Source: Octopus vulgaris (taxonomy: Eukaryota). Taken from it: a stretch of 64,000 nt of DNA. Position 1 is the first letter of the stretch; each line of letters starts with the position of its first letter. Below, piece by piece: positions 1-13,459 of this stretch. Both the position numbers and the translations under genes were made by a program. The notes beneath the pieces are model-generated. The model worked only from the letters and a program-made list of their open reading frames with translations. It searched no databases and had not been told where the DNA came from. The stretch is from contig OX597830.1 in the NCBI GenBank assembly GCA_951406725.2, forward strand, positions 18,910,001-18,974,000, written 5' to 3'.

Positions 1-394
1 TATCTGTACACACACACACACACACAAACACACATGTCTCTCTCAGTCCATCTCTCTCCACATGTATGTTGGATGTCCTTATGTATACATGTACATATTT
101 TCACTGCTCACTAACACTTACCTGCATCTAACAACCTAATGATTTAAACCTACTATAATTTTATATGTACCAACTGAGAAGTCTTCATACCCACTTTGTT
201 GATAATTTTTTTGTAATAATCTGTTGCTGAGTGAAAGAATAAACAGCAAATCAATTTGTGAAAATATCGGCCATGTGTGAAAAACACACCTCACCAAATG
301 TTGGCAAGTGATTATATAAATTTACTTCCCTTCGCAGAAAATAGATACCGATCTAGTAGCCTACTACTGGAAATTCAATTCTTCTTGCTGATTC

Positions 395-1270
395 AAAATG
401 TTAGGATTTCCACTATTAATATCAGAATGCTGAAAGGTAGGTCAAGAGAAATTGTAAAGATGTTAGAGCAGAGAGAAATAGATGCATGCTGTATACAAGA
501 GGCAAGATAGAGGGATACCTCAACAAAACTACTCGCAACCAAAAAACTAAAGTACAAATTCTTTTGGGAATGTGATAGTATTGGAGTGGTTGGGTATATG
601 TATTTTTTGCAGAGAAATGGATAAAGTAAATAAATAAGATAGTCAGGGTGTGCAATAGAATAAAGTTTTGGTTTGTCATAGACAATACTAGAGTGACATT
701 TAACTCTGCATGTGCACCGCAATCAGGACTAGACGAGGAACAGGAGGATTGCTTTTAAGCAATCAATAAATGATAGAGAAATCTCATTATTATGATAGGC
801 AATCGGCAGCGAGCTGACAATCATTAGCATGTTGGACAAAATGTTGCTTAACATTTTGTCTGTCTTTGTTTTGAGTTCAAGTTCCTCTGAGATAGATTTT
901 ACCTTTCATCTTTTCGAGTTCGATAAAATAAGTACCAGCTGAGCACTGGGGTTGATGTAACTGACTAGCCCTGTACCCCGAACTTGCTGGCCTTGTGCCA
1001 GGATTTGAAAACGGTTTTTATGATAGGCAATTTTAATGGACATGTTTGGCAACACCATGATGGCTTCTTCAGCATACATGGATACCATGGATGTGATAGA
1101 AAAAATAAGGCACAATTAGTGTCTGTGGATTCTATGATATGAGCGATCTACCTACCAGCAAAACTAACTTCTATGAAAATGGCCAACCACCCTGATGAAC
1201 ACACAAGCCAGATATACTTCATACTCACCAAGAAATGAGACCAACAGATGGCTGTGAATGTTAAGCCATT
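395..1270 (+). mobile_element. Degenerate RTE-clade LINE, AP-endonuclease region (interrupted by a SINE at about 805-1010)
   Basis: VRISTINIRMLKGRSREIVKMLEQREIDACCIQEAR...YKFFW resembles an RTE APE domain; multiple stops. Confidence 0.7.
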
Positions 1271-1859
1271 CCACAAATGAGTTCAGTGAGAAATTTAGAG
1301 TACATGCAGGTGCATATCAGGGCCCAGCACTTAGCCCTTATCTATGTTTATAATAGGGAAGATGACTCTTCAGTTTTGCTGAGAAATTTGGGTTATAAAG
1401 TATTTCATACTTCTTAACTGTAAGTAAGTAAGTATTTTTTACCATTCATTATGTAGCTAAATTTTAGATTGAATTAAATGAAATTAACCCTATAACAAAA
1501 GTTTTTTCTTTTATCAAGCAACCAGGTTGCATTGACAGTAACCATTTTGGCTGAGATCAGCAATGAATGCACAACAATGGTTTAGCATATATTGACTGCA
1601 ACCACTTTAACCAGTTTATGGTGGTGATTCATTCGGTTGCCTGCACACAGCCACAATAATCATGCTGATTGAGGTCAGCACTCTGTGCAAGATAATGTTT
1701 GGTGTATATTTATGTCAACCACTTTAGTGCAAGTGCTGTTTATTTACCTCAACTATACCCACCCTGTGCAGGACACTGATGCAATATTATTCCTGAATAA
1801 GATCACTCGACAGCACAGGTCAGATCAACGTCGTGTATTTACAATCATGTGAATTCAAA

Positions 1860-2530
1860 AATTGACTTTTGTGTGTTAGAGTTCAAAACAGGGTAACACC
1901 CACAGGGGCATATCATATTCTGAACAATGGTATTTAGTTTCTTTAAGTTTCCCTTTTGCTTTACATACTGTGCATCTCTTTGAAGCATTTGTCTTTGGTG
2001 GTGGCGGAAAACAGTCATGGGAAATGTCCATGTTCCTTCACCATGCAGTGAGGTGGGAGTCCAGCATGGGGACCTTCACGTGTCCTGGACTTTGGCAGGT
2101 CTGATGCTTCTATCATTTCACGGAACAATAGATTCCTGAATGTCAATCCCTCCCCCACACTGCCAAGCATCTGCCAAATCAAATGTGAGTTCATGACACA
2201 CATGTCAAATATATACAAGAAAATTTTTATGTACCGCTTCACATATTTTTTCGCTGATTTGTGTGTCATCATCAGCAGATCTGAGCAATCGACCCTGCCC
2301 ATCCCTTCATTGTATGAAACAACTACACGCGGTTTCATTATGGCATTACAATCTGCATTTTATTTCCTAGTGCCCTTCATGCTTGCAGAATGCATTGTGG
2401 GTAACATGCAGACGTTTTTCTTGTCATGCCACACTAGAGAAAGAGAAGTCCTCTATCGGTGCATCAGTACGCTGTTACCCCCTTTCGAAGTTTTATCTTG
2501 TGTAGATCGGGTGGAAACCACTTGGCAGAT
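1860..2530 (-). mobile_element. piggyBac-like transposase remnant (C-terminal DDD region and cysteine-rich domain)
   Basis: Translates to WHDKKNVCML..MH, KPRVVVSYNEGMGRVD.SD...KIFLYIFDMCVMNS and KRCTVCK...ETKYHCSE...PL.V.PCF, with stops and frameshifts. Confidence 0.85.
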
Positions 2531-3345
2531 AGGAATTTGGTCAGGTTGTTGGGGGAGAATAGGAAGGGGTGACATGTGCAAGTATATAATTCTATATGTG
2601 TTTGTGCAGACATGCTCATATGGTTTTGTGTGCATGTGTGTATTGAAGTTAGTTTACACATTTGTACATGGGCATGCATATGCATGTGCATCTGTACCTG
2701 GGCATGCGTGTACACGTCTGCACACTTACATACACTTTGACAAACATGCATGTGTGCACATACAACACATACACAAGCATATGCACCCATGCACACACAT
2801 GCGTATTCATTCATATGCACGTATGTATGTATATTTGCATGCATGTACACATGCATACCAGTGTGTGCACACACATGCATGCACATGTGCACCCATGCAC
2901 TCATGAGTATACACGTGGAAAACAAGCTTTAGGGATTGGTAAGTATTTACATTTGACGGATATTTGTCTTCATCTAGTTTGTTGTTAACACAACGTTTCG
3001 GTTGACATACCCTCCAGCCTTCATCGGGTATCTTGGGGAAATTTCAAACCTGGGTTCTCATTCCTAAGGTATTTTTCAATGTTGTTGTTATTATTATTAT
3101 TATTATTATTATTGTTATTATTATTGAGTGAGAGAGCAGTGCATGCCATCAAAGTGACACTGGGGTAAAATATACGAAGCCCAATATACCCATCATGACT
3201 ACCCGTCTGATAAAGGTACACCAGGCACATGCATCACAACCATATGTGCGCGACATGGTGATCTCATATCAAGATAAACAGCACATGACCTTGCAGGTGG
3301 GGCCCAGTTAGAATTTTCTTCAGGTTGAGTAGCCCATCCCGCTCA

Positions 3346-3378
<33 letters not shown>

Positions 3379-3499
3379 CATCATTATTATCATTATTGTT
3401 CAGGTCACTGCCTTGAATCGAACTCGGAATCTTGGGGTTAGTAGCCCTCGCTCTTAACCACTACGCCATATGCCCATGGCAGAGACCTGAACAATGATG

Positions 3500-3537
<38 letters not shown>

Positions 3538-4159
3538 GTAGCCCTGATGCAGTACCAGGCAGTGGCTCTTGTGGCTTCTGATCTTAACTGATTGGAAGTG
3601 TTATCATGTACATTGTTTTGTTTTGGTATAAAAGATGGGCTACAGCAAATATTCTGCTCAATACCACAGATTTGCTTGTCAGTTGTTTGACCTTAACCAG
3701 TTGAGCTTGTCCCTTAGTGGCTGACGATATGTGCATCTCTGATCATGAGCAGAAGTAGTGGGGGAGTGCCATAGCCATGTGTTGAGAGGAATTCTTTGAG
3801 GTTTGGATAATTCACCTTTGGAAACATGGGTGGTTTGTTCAACATCCTTAAACAACCCTTATTCAGGGACCTTTTAAGCAGGATGGGCTACTCAACCAGA
3901 AGAAAATTCGAACTGGGCCCTACCAGCAAGGTCATGCACTGTTTATCTTGATATGAGATCACCATGACGAGCACACATGGTTGTGATGCATGTGCCTAGT
4001 ATACCCTTATCAGACGGGTGTACTGGGCTTCGTATATTTTACCCCAGTGTCACTTTGATGGCATGCACTGCTCTCTCACTCAATGATAATAATAATCATA
4101 ATAATAACAACACCGAGAAATACCTTAGTAATGAGAACCCAGGCTTGAAATTTTCCCAT

Positions 4160-4205
4160 GACACCTGATGAAGGCTGGAGGGTACATCAGCCGAAATGTT
4201 GTGTT
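4160..4205 (+). ncRNA. Minimal type I hammerhead-ribozyme-like motif
   Basis: GACAC-CTGATGA-A-GGCTG..CAGCC-GAAA-TGTT-GTGTT; inverted copy at 2987-3032 has GAAACGTT. Confidence 0.65.
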
Positions 4206-4398
4206 AACAACAAACAAGATGAGGACAAATATCCGTCAAATATAAATAATGTAAATAATGTACATAATTCCTCATCTCTTAAACATAGAACTGCACTCTA
4301 TACTTGTCTAACACTTCACTCTGAATCATTTGTATATTGAGTTCTGCACCAGGTTATTAGTTTCGCCTGAGCGAAATATGTATATCAAATATATGTAA

Positions 4399-4782
4399 TC
4401 TCTCTCTATATAAACGGCAGTTTGTCTGTGTGTGTTTCTGTGTGTCTGTTTGGTTGTACCCTCACCCTGACCACGGCTTTCAACCGATTCTGATGAAACT
4501 TGACACACACATAGCCCAATGTCATAATTCAAAACTAACGTAGCGAAAATTTTGAAAAGTTCCCCCAGTTCTGAAAAAAAATCGATAAATTCGACATGGG
4601 GTCGAGAATCAGAAACGCAAACCACAGACTGTCTAGGGGAAGCAACTCGACCTTTTTAACTCTCAAAAAAATTTACCATAATTTTTTTTCAATTTTTTTG
4701 CTATTTTTTGGCTCTAACTCTCTAAAAATGCTTTATAGTTATTTCCCTTACAAACCCGAGCAACGCTGGGCGATACTGCTAG
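4399..4782 (+). mobile_element. Non-autonomous Helitron-like element
   Basis: A|TC start, subterminal hairpin cccgagcaacgctggg (4755-4770), CTAG|T end, no TSD. Confidence 0.75.
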
Positions 4783-4820
4783 TATACATATAATTACACA
4801 CATATAATTACATATAAATA

Positions 4821-4851
<31 letters not shown>

Positions 4852-7176
4852 GTGTTTGTGTGTGTGTGGGGGGGGGTGTAAAGGAAATTGGTGATTCTTG
4901 CAGGACTAAATCTGTTTCTTTGGATTTATATCTAACAACTCACCATTTTACTATAAATCGTTGGCATCTTTCAATGCAGACCTCCAAGTGATGGATAAGA
5001 ATGTATCAAATTCTGGAAGGTTAATAACTGCTTCCAGACGTTTCTTAACACAAAACTCCAGGAATAACAGGATACCTGGTAAACTTTTTTTATCCAAATG
5101 TACAGGAAATAATAATTTGTGCCTGTACCCTACTCCTCTGCTCCTGCTCCACTTTCTCCTGCCCCTCCTCTGCATTCTTCAGCTCCTCATCCTCCTCCTC
5201 TTCTTCTTCTTCTTCTTCTTCTTCTTATCCTTCCTCCTACTCCACCACCACCACCAGCACCTCCTCCCCCTGCCTCCACCACACCTCTGCCTCCTCCACC
5301 ACCTCTGCCTCCTCCACCACCTCTGCCTCTGCCTCCTGCTCCTCTTCCTCCTTTCCTTTTTCTTCACCACCACCACCACCACTACCACCACCAGCATGAA
5401 AACCAGCAGCAGCAGCAGCAGCAGCACCACCACCACCACCACCATGTAATGCCTGCTTTCCATGCTTGCATGAGTTGGATGAGTCATCACAGTTGGAGTC
5501 AGCAGGTATTCAGGACTAACTGCTCCCCTTGTTTGGCTAAGTCGGGGACTTCATCTTGCTTGCATTGCAGTTTTTGGCCTAGTTTCTGCAGCTGAATGTT
5601 CTTTGTAGCATCAGTTACTTTAGGGAGTGCACTGGGTACTTTCTTCTGTTGCACCTGCATTACAAAGGTGTGATGTCTTTGTCAGAGTCCTCACAATCTC
5701 ACTCTTTACAGAGTGTGCTGGGTGCAGTTTATATGACTGCAGAACTAGAGATACCAGTTGTATCAAGAAGTGCCAAGGGTTTTGAATAGATGGAGCTTTT
5801 TAAAGAAGAAGACCTTGGAAGGCATCAGACAAACTGGTGAAGACTGACCTCAAGAAGTTGAACCTCTTGAAAGAGATGACAAAGGACTGTATGTTGTAGT
5901 AAAATCCTCCTCCTCCTCCTCTCTCCCTCCCCCTCCACCCTCATCCTCCACCACCACCACCTCATTTGCCTCCTCCTCCTCCTCCACCACCACCACCACC
6001 ACCACCACCACCACCACCACCACCTCCTCCACCAACACCTCATCTGCCTCCTCCTCCTCGTCCTCCTCCACCACAACCTCATCTGCCTCCTCCTCCTCCT
6101 TCACCACCACCACCTTCTCCCCTCCTCCACCTCCTCTGCCTCCTCCACCTCTGCCTCCTGCTCCTCTTCCTCCTTTTCTTTTTCTTCACCACCACATGCT
6201 GTGCTGGAGAGAACCTACCCAGTCTATCAATGGAGAAGTAGTCATGTACTCAACATAGCTAAGGGACCTGGGACCTTACAAAACCTTATCTCTACTCACT
6301 TATTTCTTATTTCTTTATTGCCCTCAAGGGGCTAAACATAGAGGGGACAAACAAGGAAAGACAAAGGGATTAAGTCGATTATATTGACTCCAGTGTGTAA
6401 CTGGTACTTATTTAATCAACTTCGAAAGGATGAAAGGCAAAGTCGACCTCAGTGGAATTTGATCTCAGAACGTAGCTGCAGACGAAATACCTATTTCTTT
6501 ACTACCCACAAGGGGTTAAATACAGAAAGGACAAACAAGGACAGACAAATGGATTAAGTCAATTATATCGACCCCAGTGTGTAACTGGTACTTATTTAAT
6601 CGACCCTGAAAGGATGAAAGGCAAAGTCAACCTCGGCGGAATTTGAACTCAGAACATAACATTAGATGAAATACCGCTAAGCATTTCGCTCAGCATGCTA
6701 ACGTTTCTGCCAACTCACTACCTTATTTCTACTCACTTGTCAACCTCTTTACTAAGGGAAAAGTATGAGTAATAGATATATAAATAATAGTGATGAGGGG
6801 TGGAGCAATAGAAGTTATTCAGTATTCTGAAAAAGGTTTGTAGAAGGTGGACCAAAAGTGAAGATTAGAACTCATTTGATATGTATTGCATATTAAGGTG
6901 TTGAGCTGGGAGAGTTGTTAGCATGCTTGGGGGAAAATGTTAGCAGCTTTTTCTCTGGTGTTACATTCTGAGTTCAAATTCCATTGAGGTTAACTTTGCC
7001 TTTCATCCTGTTGGGATTGATAAAATAAATATCAGTTGAGCACCGGGTGTGATGTAACTGACTTACTCCTCTCCTGAATTTGTTGCCCTTGTGCCAAAAT
7101 TTGAAAGCAATATATATCAATGTATATATATATGTATATATATATATGTATATATATATATGTATATATATATATG

Positions 7177-7261
<85 letters not shown>

Positions 7262-7584
7262 ATTGATTGATAAAAATGGTAAGACAACAAAAGAATGAAA
7301 GAGTCCTCTATATTATGTAAATAGAGGGATTTATCTGTAAATATAATATGTGACAATTATTTGGTAGTCATGATAAAACTCCGAGTTTCAGATGTCGGGG
7401 TGGAAACCCACGCCACCATCTCTTCAGTTATCCGTTCATCAGAAAAATGCTATGAAAATGATCCCGTTTAATAAAGCCTGTAATTTTCTCCAAAAGTTTC
7501 TTAGAGTATAGTTCCCTTTATGGTATAGGTATGTCTTTCATAGAATAATCAGGGGTCATTTTCATAGTATCTTTTCGATGGCTG

Positions 7585-7645
7585 GATAACTGAAGAAATG
7601 GCGGCATGGGTTTCCACCCTGACATCCGAAACTCGGAGTTTTATC
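7585..7645 (+). ncRNA. Type I hammerhead-ribozyme-like motif
   Basis: GATAA-CTGAAGA-(stem II)-GAAA-CTC-G-GAG-TT-TTATC; inverted copy at 7372-7432. Confidence 0.65.
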
Positions 7646-7923
7646 ATGGCTACCGAATAATTGTCACATATTATATTTACAGATATATATATATTTTGTT
7701 TTTGGATTTGGTTTGCAAGATTCTTTATGTGAGTTTGTGTGTTGAAGCATATTCTGTTGTGTCTGGGGAGAGTCATTCTCTTTTGGTGCCTTATAATTTA
7801 ACACACTTACCAGTAAAATTTCCACTTATTTCTTTTTTATTTTCCTAAAATTTTCGTTGTGTCTTGCAACCCTTTCAATAGTCGACCTTTTCAACGAAAA
7901 AGAAATAAGTGGAAATGTTACCA

Positions 7924-7971
<48 letters not shown>

Positions 7972-8270
7972 GTATGTATAAATATTCTAAAATTGAATAA
8001 AATGAATAGAATAATGATGAATACACACGTGCTTGTGCATGATGACCAAAATGAATAATAATAATGGTTTCAAATTTTGCCACAAGGGCAGCAATTTTGG
8101 CAGAGGGGATGAGTTGACTATATCAACCCCAGTGTTCAACTGGTACTTATTTTATCGACCCCTAAAGGATGAAAGTAAAATTGAACTCAGAACGTAGTGA
8201 CAGGCGAAAGACTGCTAAGCATTTTGGCCAGTGCGCTAACATTTCTGCCAGCTCACCAACTTTCAAAAAC

Positions 8271-8330
<60 letters not shown>

Positions 8331-8616
8331 CATAATATAAATAAGATGTCAAATGTTTTGGTGCATGACTTTTGGCCCAGCCTGTATGTTCGAAGCAGTG
8401 CAGTGTGACTGAGATTGCAGGAGAGCTTACTGCATACTAAATGCAACACGATCCCACACTTGCAATATAGTGAGCTAAAAAGCTTCAATGACCTGAGATT
8501 ATTCAAGCAATTAGCAAACACAGCTATCCTCTAAATGTGCTGAACATTTGAAAAGCAACCAGTAGGGGAGATAATTTCAATAGCATCATTTAATCCAAAC
8601 TTGTGGACAATATAGA

Positions 8617-8848
8617 CAGAGATCAGTAAATTCATGTTCTAATGACCTCTATTAATATTATTTTTAGATCTTCCCATAGCCCACACATATATATTATATC
8701 ATATGTTATAAAAAATATCCCCTGGTAGCCAGACCAGAGATCAGTAAATTCGTGTTCTAATGACCTCTATTAATATTATTTTTAGATATTCTCATAGCCC
8801 ACACATATATATTATATCATATGTTATAAAAAATATCCCCGGGTAGCC
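8617..8848. repeat. Two-copy direct tandem duplication, period 118 bp
   Basis: 8617-8730 and 8735-8848 are near-identical. Confidence 0.9.
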
Positions 8849-9109
8849 CTGCCTATTTCTATTATTGATTTTGTAAGAAAACAAAATAAATTGTGACAGA
8901 AAAAAACTACCTAAAAGCCATCAACTTCCCAATGGCATACAAATGCATTGAATTGCTATCTGATTAAGCAGCTCACTTTGTAATCATATAGTTTTGGGTT
9001 CAGTCCCACTATACAGCACCTTGGGCAAGTGTTTCTTGCTTTGGACCTGAGTCAAATAATGACTTGTTTGTAAATTTGGTTGACAGAAAATATGTAGATG
9101 TCCCTCATG

Positions 9110-9149
<40 letters not shown>

Positions 9150-10023
9150 CACACACACAGACACACCACACCCACACACCCACACATCCACACCCACACC
9201 CACACACACAGTGTCTTTAAATGCGTTTTGAAAAGGTCAAATGTTATGCTTGGCACCTACCATTTGCTGTATTCAAGTAAGTTCTGCAACTATTGGCTTT
9301 TGCAGTTGAGGGTGCTAGGCTTAATGATTTCTTTAGGATATTAATGCATTCAACTGTCACCTTATTCTACAACTTGAAGATTGACAGAATGGGGACATAC
9401 ACACCTTCAATTTTTTAAATATTGAAAATTCTAATTAGTAATTTCAATAGTTGATGATCTGATGATAAGTCAAGTCACTACAGACTTGCTTATTTGGTAG
9501 CCGGATATAGTTGGGGAGTAATGTGACATATTACACAATCTGGCTAATTGTACGATGCTTATGTTACTATAAAGACTCCGAATGAAACAAATTGTAACAA
9601 TACCAGATAATCCATTTGTTTGTTTTTATTATATATTTGTATATCTAACAATAGGTTCCAAGTGTTGGAAGTTAGTAAGCTTGAAGTAATCATGCCGCTA
9701 GTATAGAAAACAAAAAGTGGCTAATATACAATAGAATATATTTATTCATATCATAAGTTACACACTTCTTCCCATTTCATTGCTACTTATGCAATGAACT
9801 TCAACTTGCTACAAAACAATTGTAGTCTGTATTATATTTGTTCCACTCCTTATATTTTGGGCAGAGGCGTGGCTGTGTGGTAAGATGCTTGCTTTCCGAC
9901 TACATGGTTTTTGGGTTTAGTCCCACTGTTTGGTGTCTTGGGCAAATATCTTCTACTATAGCCTCAGGCTGACCAAATCCTTGTGAGTGGATTTGGTAGT
10001 CAGAAACTGAAAGAAGACTGTTG

Positions 10024-10077
<54 letters not shown>

Positions 10078-10479
10078 TGTGTTTGTGTGTTTGTGTTTCT
10101 CCCACCCACCATTGTTTGATAACCAATGTTGGTGTGTTTACATCCCCATAATTTAGTGGTTCAGAAAAAGAGACCGATAACATAAGTACTAGGCTTACAA
10201 AAAATAAGTCCTGGGGTTGATTTGTTTGGCTAAAGGCGGTGCTCCAGCATGGCTGCCACCAAAAGACTGAAACAAGTAAAAAAAATAAAAGAATAAAAGA
10301 ATATCATCATCATCATCATTATCATCATCATCATCAATGTCACCAGCATCACCATCATCATCACCATCATCATCATCATTTAACGTCCATTGTCCATTCT
10401 GGCATGGCTTAGACGGTTTGATCAGAGGTGGCAAGATGGAAGGCTGCACCAGGCTCCGGTCTGATTTGGCATGGTTTCT

Positions 10480-10695
10480 TTCAAGCCTACGCATGTCTTT
10501 GACCATCACAGCCCATGTTTCACTGCGATCCAGCATAGCTGTTTGCACACAGGCATCATACAGTCTGCCTTTCACTCTGAGAGAGGAGGCCCTCTGTTGC
10601 TTGCGGAGATAGGAGCTCTCTGAACTTTGCCTAGCCTATTCTTATAGTCACAGCTGCATGCTCGGAGCATCCATTTCAGCTACTAACTTGAAAAT
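10480..10695 (-). mobile_element. RTE LINE RT C-terminal fragment
   Basis: KGRLYDACVQTAML..SETWA....DMRRLER. Confidence 0.75.
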
Positions 10696-11057
10696 ATCTT
10701 GATGGTAGCGTAAAGAAAATATTTTCTTTACATTACCATCATGTTATTTTAATTTTATTTTATTTCATTTTATTTTGTAAATTTTTAAAAGTTCTCATTC
10801 GTATCACTTGTAAATTTTGAAGTTTGTAATTGGTACTATAGCTTTTATTCGAAAATATTTATTCGTCATTACCTCCATGTTTATTAATTTTTATTCGTAC
10901 ATATTTTTTCTTGTCATTCCTTTTATTTTTTATTGCCATCCCTTTTATTTTTATTTGTATATATTTTTTTGCCATTCCTTTCATTTTTTTATTCCTTTCA
11001 TTTTATTTTATATTATCACAAGTATATTTTATTTTTAACCCTATATATTACTAACAT

Positions 11058-11359
11058 GTGGAGGCGCAATGGCCCAGTGGTTAGGGCAGTGGACTTGCGG
11101 TCGTAGGATCGCGGTTTCGATTCCCAGACCGGGCGTGTTTATTGAGTGAAAACACCTAAAGCTCCACAAGGCTCCGGCAGGGGGTGGTGGCGATCCCTGC
11201 TGTACTCTTTCGCCACAACTTTCTCTCACTCTTTCTTCTGTTGGCCTGCTCGCTTAGCCAGCGGGGTGGCGTCATTTGAAGGCTAAAACAATGCGAAACG
11301 CATTGTGACCAGCGATGTGTAGCAGCATCTTATAGCCTGGTTGGTCACGTGATCATGTG
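11058..11359 (+). mobile_element. tRNA-derived SINE family A, full length with 13-bp TSD
   Basis: Pol III A-box (tggcccagtggttagg) and B-box (ggtttcgattccc); TSD atattactaacat at 11045-11057 and 11360-11372. Other copies on minus at 23904-24203, 30950-31141 and 47251-47550. Confidence 0.85.
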
Positions 11360-11830
11360 ATATTACTAACATAGTTTTTGTAATTTTTCGTATATTTGTT
11401 TAGCATTTTTATTGTTTATTTATTTTTTATTTTTTACTTTATTTTTGTAATTTTTATTTTTGTAACTTTTTAATTGGATTTTTATCTGAATTATGGCTTG
11501 TACTGCAGGGTCCAGCAAACCCAATTTAAACATACCTATTTTATACATACTTAAGGGTTTTAAAAAATTAGAATATAGTTTACAGTATTGAACGATGATA
11601 AAGTGATATAAGGGTTCCAGAAAAACACGGAGGGGTTTAGGAACTGGCGTATGTACCTCATGAAATATGTGTAGCCAAGTTATAAAACAGTAGGTATTTA
11701 AAATAAAAATTCTTTTTTATATGGTGAGATGAAGTGGCCTACTATCTCTAAATTAAAAAAATATATATTTCTTCATTGAGAATAATTTGAACCTCTGTTA
11801 TGCCAGAATTTTTATTCCTTTACAATTAAA

Positions 11831-11871
<41 letters not shown>

Positions 11872-12547
11872 TACATGTATGTATATGTGTGTGTATATCT
11901 TTGTGTTTGCCCTCCACACACTGCTTGACAAACAGTACTGGTTTGTTTATATCTCTGTAACTTAGTAGTGGAAACTTATAGAACAAGTACCAGTGTTTTA
12001 AAAACTATAAATACTGGGGCTGGCTTGTACAACTAAACCCTTCAAGGAGATGCCCCTGCATGGCTGCAGTTCAGTGACTGAAACAAGTGAAAAGGTAAAA
12101 GAAAAAAGACCAAAATTAAGAAGTCTAAGGCTCAGAGAGAATAGCTTAATGGCCCTTTTGTTGCTGACCCCTAACATAGGGAATTCAGACTGGAAGATAT
12201 TAGGTGTTTAAAGCCATAAGGTGAAAGCAATAAACATATTTTAGTTTCAGTTGTAGATCTCTTTTACAAAGCATGTTTTAGTCAGTTGGCAAGACTAAGA
12301 GTGATCAACATAGAGAAATATATAAAAATAGAATAAATTACGTTGACTATGAATATCAGCAATATCAACAACGGAGGGAAAATACCTCAGTTTCACCACC
12401 TGCTTTATATATTAGCATTTACAAAAACCTTACCCATCTCCATAGCAACTAAAAGATTCTATGATGTTCAACTTTTGGCAGTTTGACAGCACCAGTTCAT
12501 TCTTTACTTTTCATCATTCTTTCTGCGCACACACACACAAACACACA

Positions 12548-12579
<32 letters not shown>

Positions 12580-13423
12580 CTTTATTTAAAAGCAGCAGAA
12601 AATTCAACAAAACCTGTTACTCTGAGTTTCACATTCTCGTTCATCGGGAAAGTGAAACTCAGAGTAACAGGTTTTGTTGAATTTTCTGCTGCTTTTAAAT
12701 AAAGCATATTACTCTACCACTGGTATTTGAGTACTCTTTTTTCCACCCTGTTTCACATTTATGTGTTTACTCCGGTATATATATATATATATATATACAC
12801 ATATATGTATATATGTATACATATATGTGTATATATGTGTATATTATAATAACATGAGAAAATAGAGAGGTAATTAATAAATTATTATTTATTAATTAAA
12901 AAATGGACAAACGTCCCTTACAGCTGTTTCAGTTCCAGATCTTCAGAAAATTAATTAATTAAATTAAACATTTTTTTATTGAATTAAAAATTATTTGAAA
13001 GTCGAATCTATTCAGAGTAAACGGCTACAAACCATGCAAGAATTAAACACCTATTTTGTTTATACTTAACCTCTGAAGAGATTCAACTCTCAAATAATTT
13101 TTAATTTAATTAAGAAAATTTTCTGAAGGTCTACAATTGAAACAGATGTAAGAGATGTTTGTCAATTTTTTAATTAATAAATAATAATTTGTTAATTATC
13201 TCACTATTTTCTCATCTTGTTATAATAAATAGATATATATATATAAACCATGGTTTATATAATTATCTTGCAGGTGATTATTAAATGTAATGTTCAATAT
13301 TCCTTGTATAGATAACTAACCAGTACTTACATAGGATTTTGCTATCCCTGAATGAGGTTTGTTAACCTTGATTTGTGCTTATGTATATATATATATATAT
13401 GTGTGTGCATGTGTGTGTGTGTA

Positions 13424-13459
<36 letters not shown>

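Noticed and set aside
1484-1615. piggyBac TTAA-CC termini
   Set aside because: Two candidate ttaacc sites and no matching opposite TIR, so the boundary cannot be fixed
4961-6241. Pro/His/Gln/Glu-rich ORFs (extensin- or formin-like)
   Set aside because: Pure (CCA)/(CCT)/(CAG) trinucleotide tracts, open in several frames on both strands
11058-11135. tRNA gene
   Set aside because: The tRNA-like head continues into a repeated ~300-bp body with a TSD; it is a SINE
11580-11700. Hammerhead ending in GAAATATGTGTAGCC
   Set aside because: No recognisable CTGANGA core or stem II upstream
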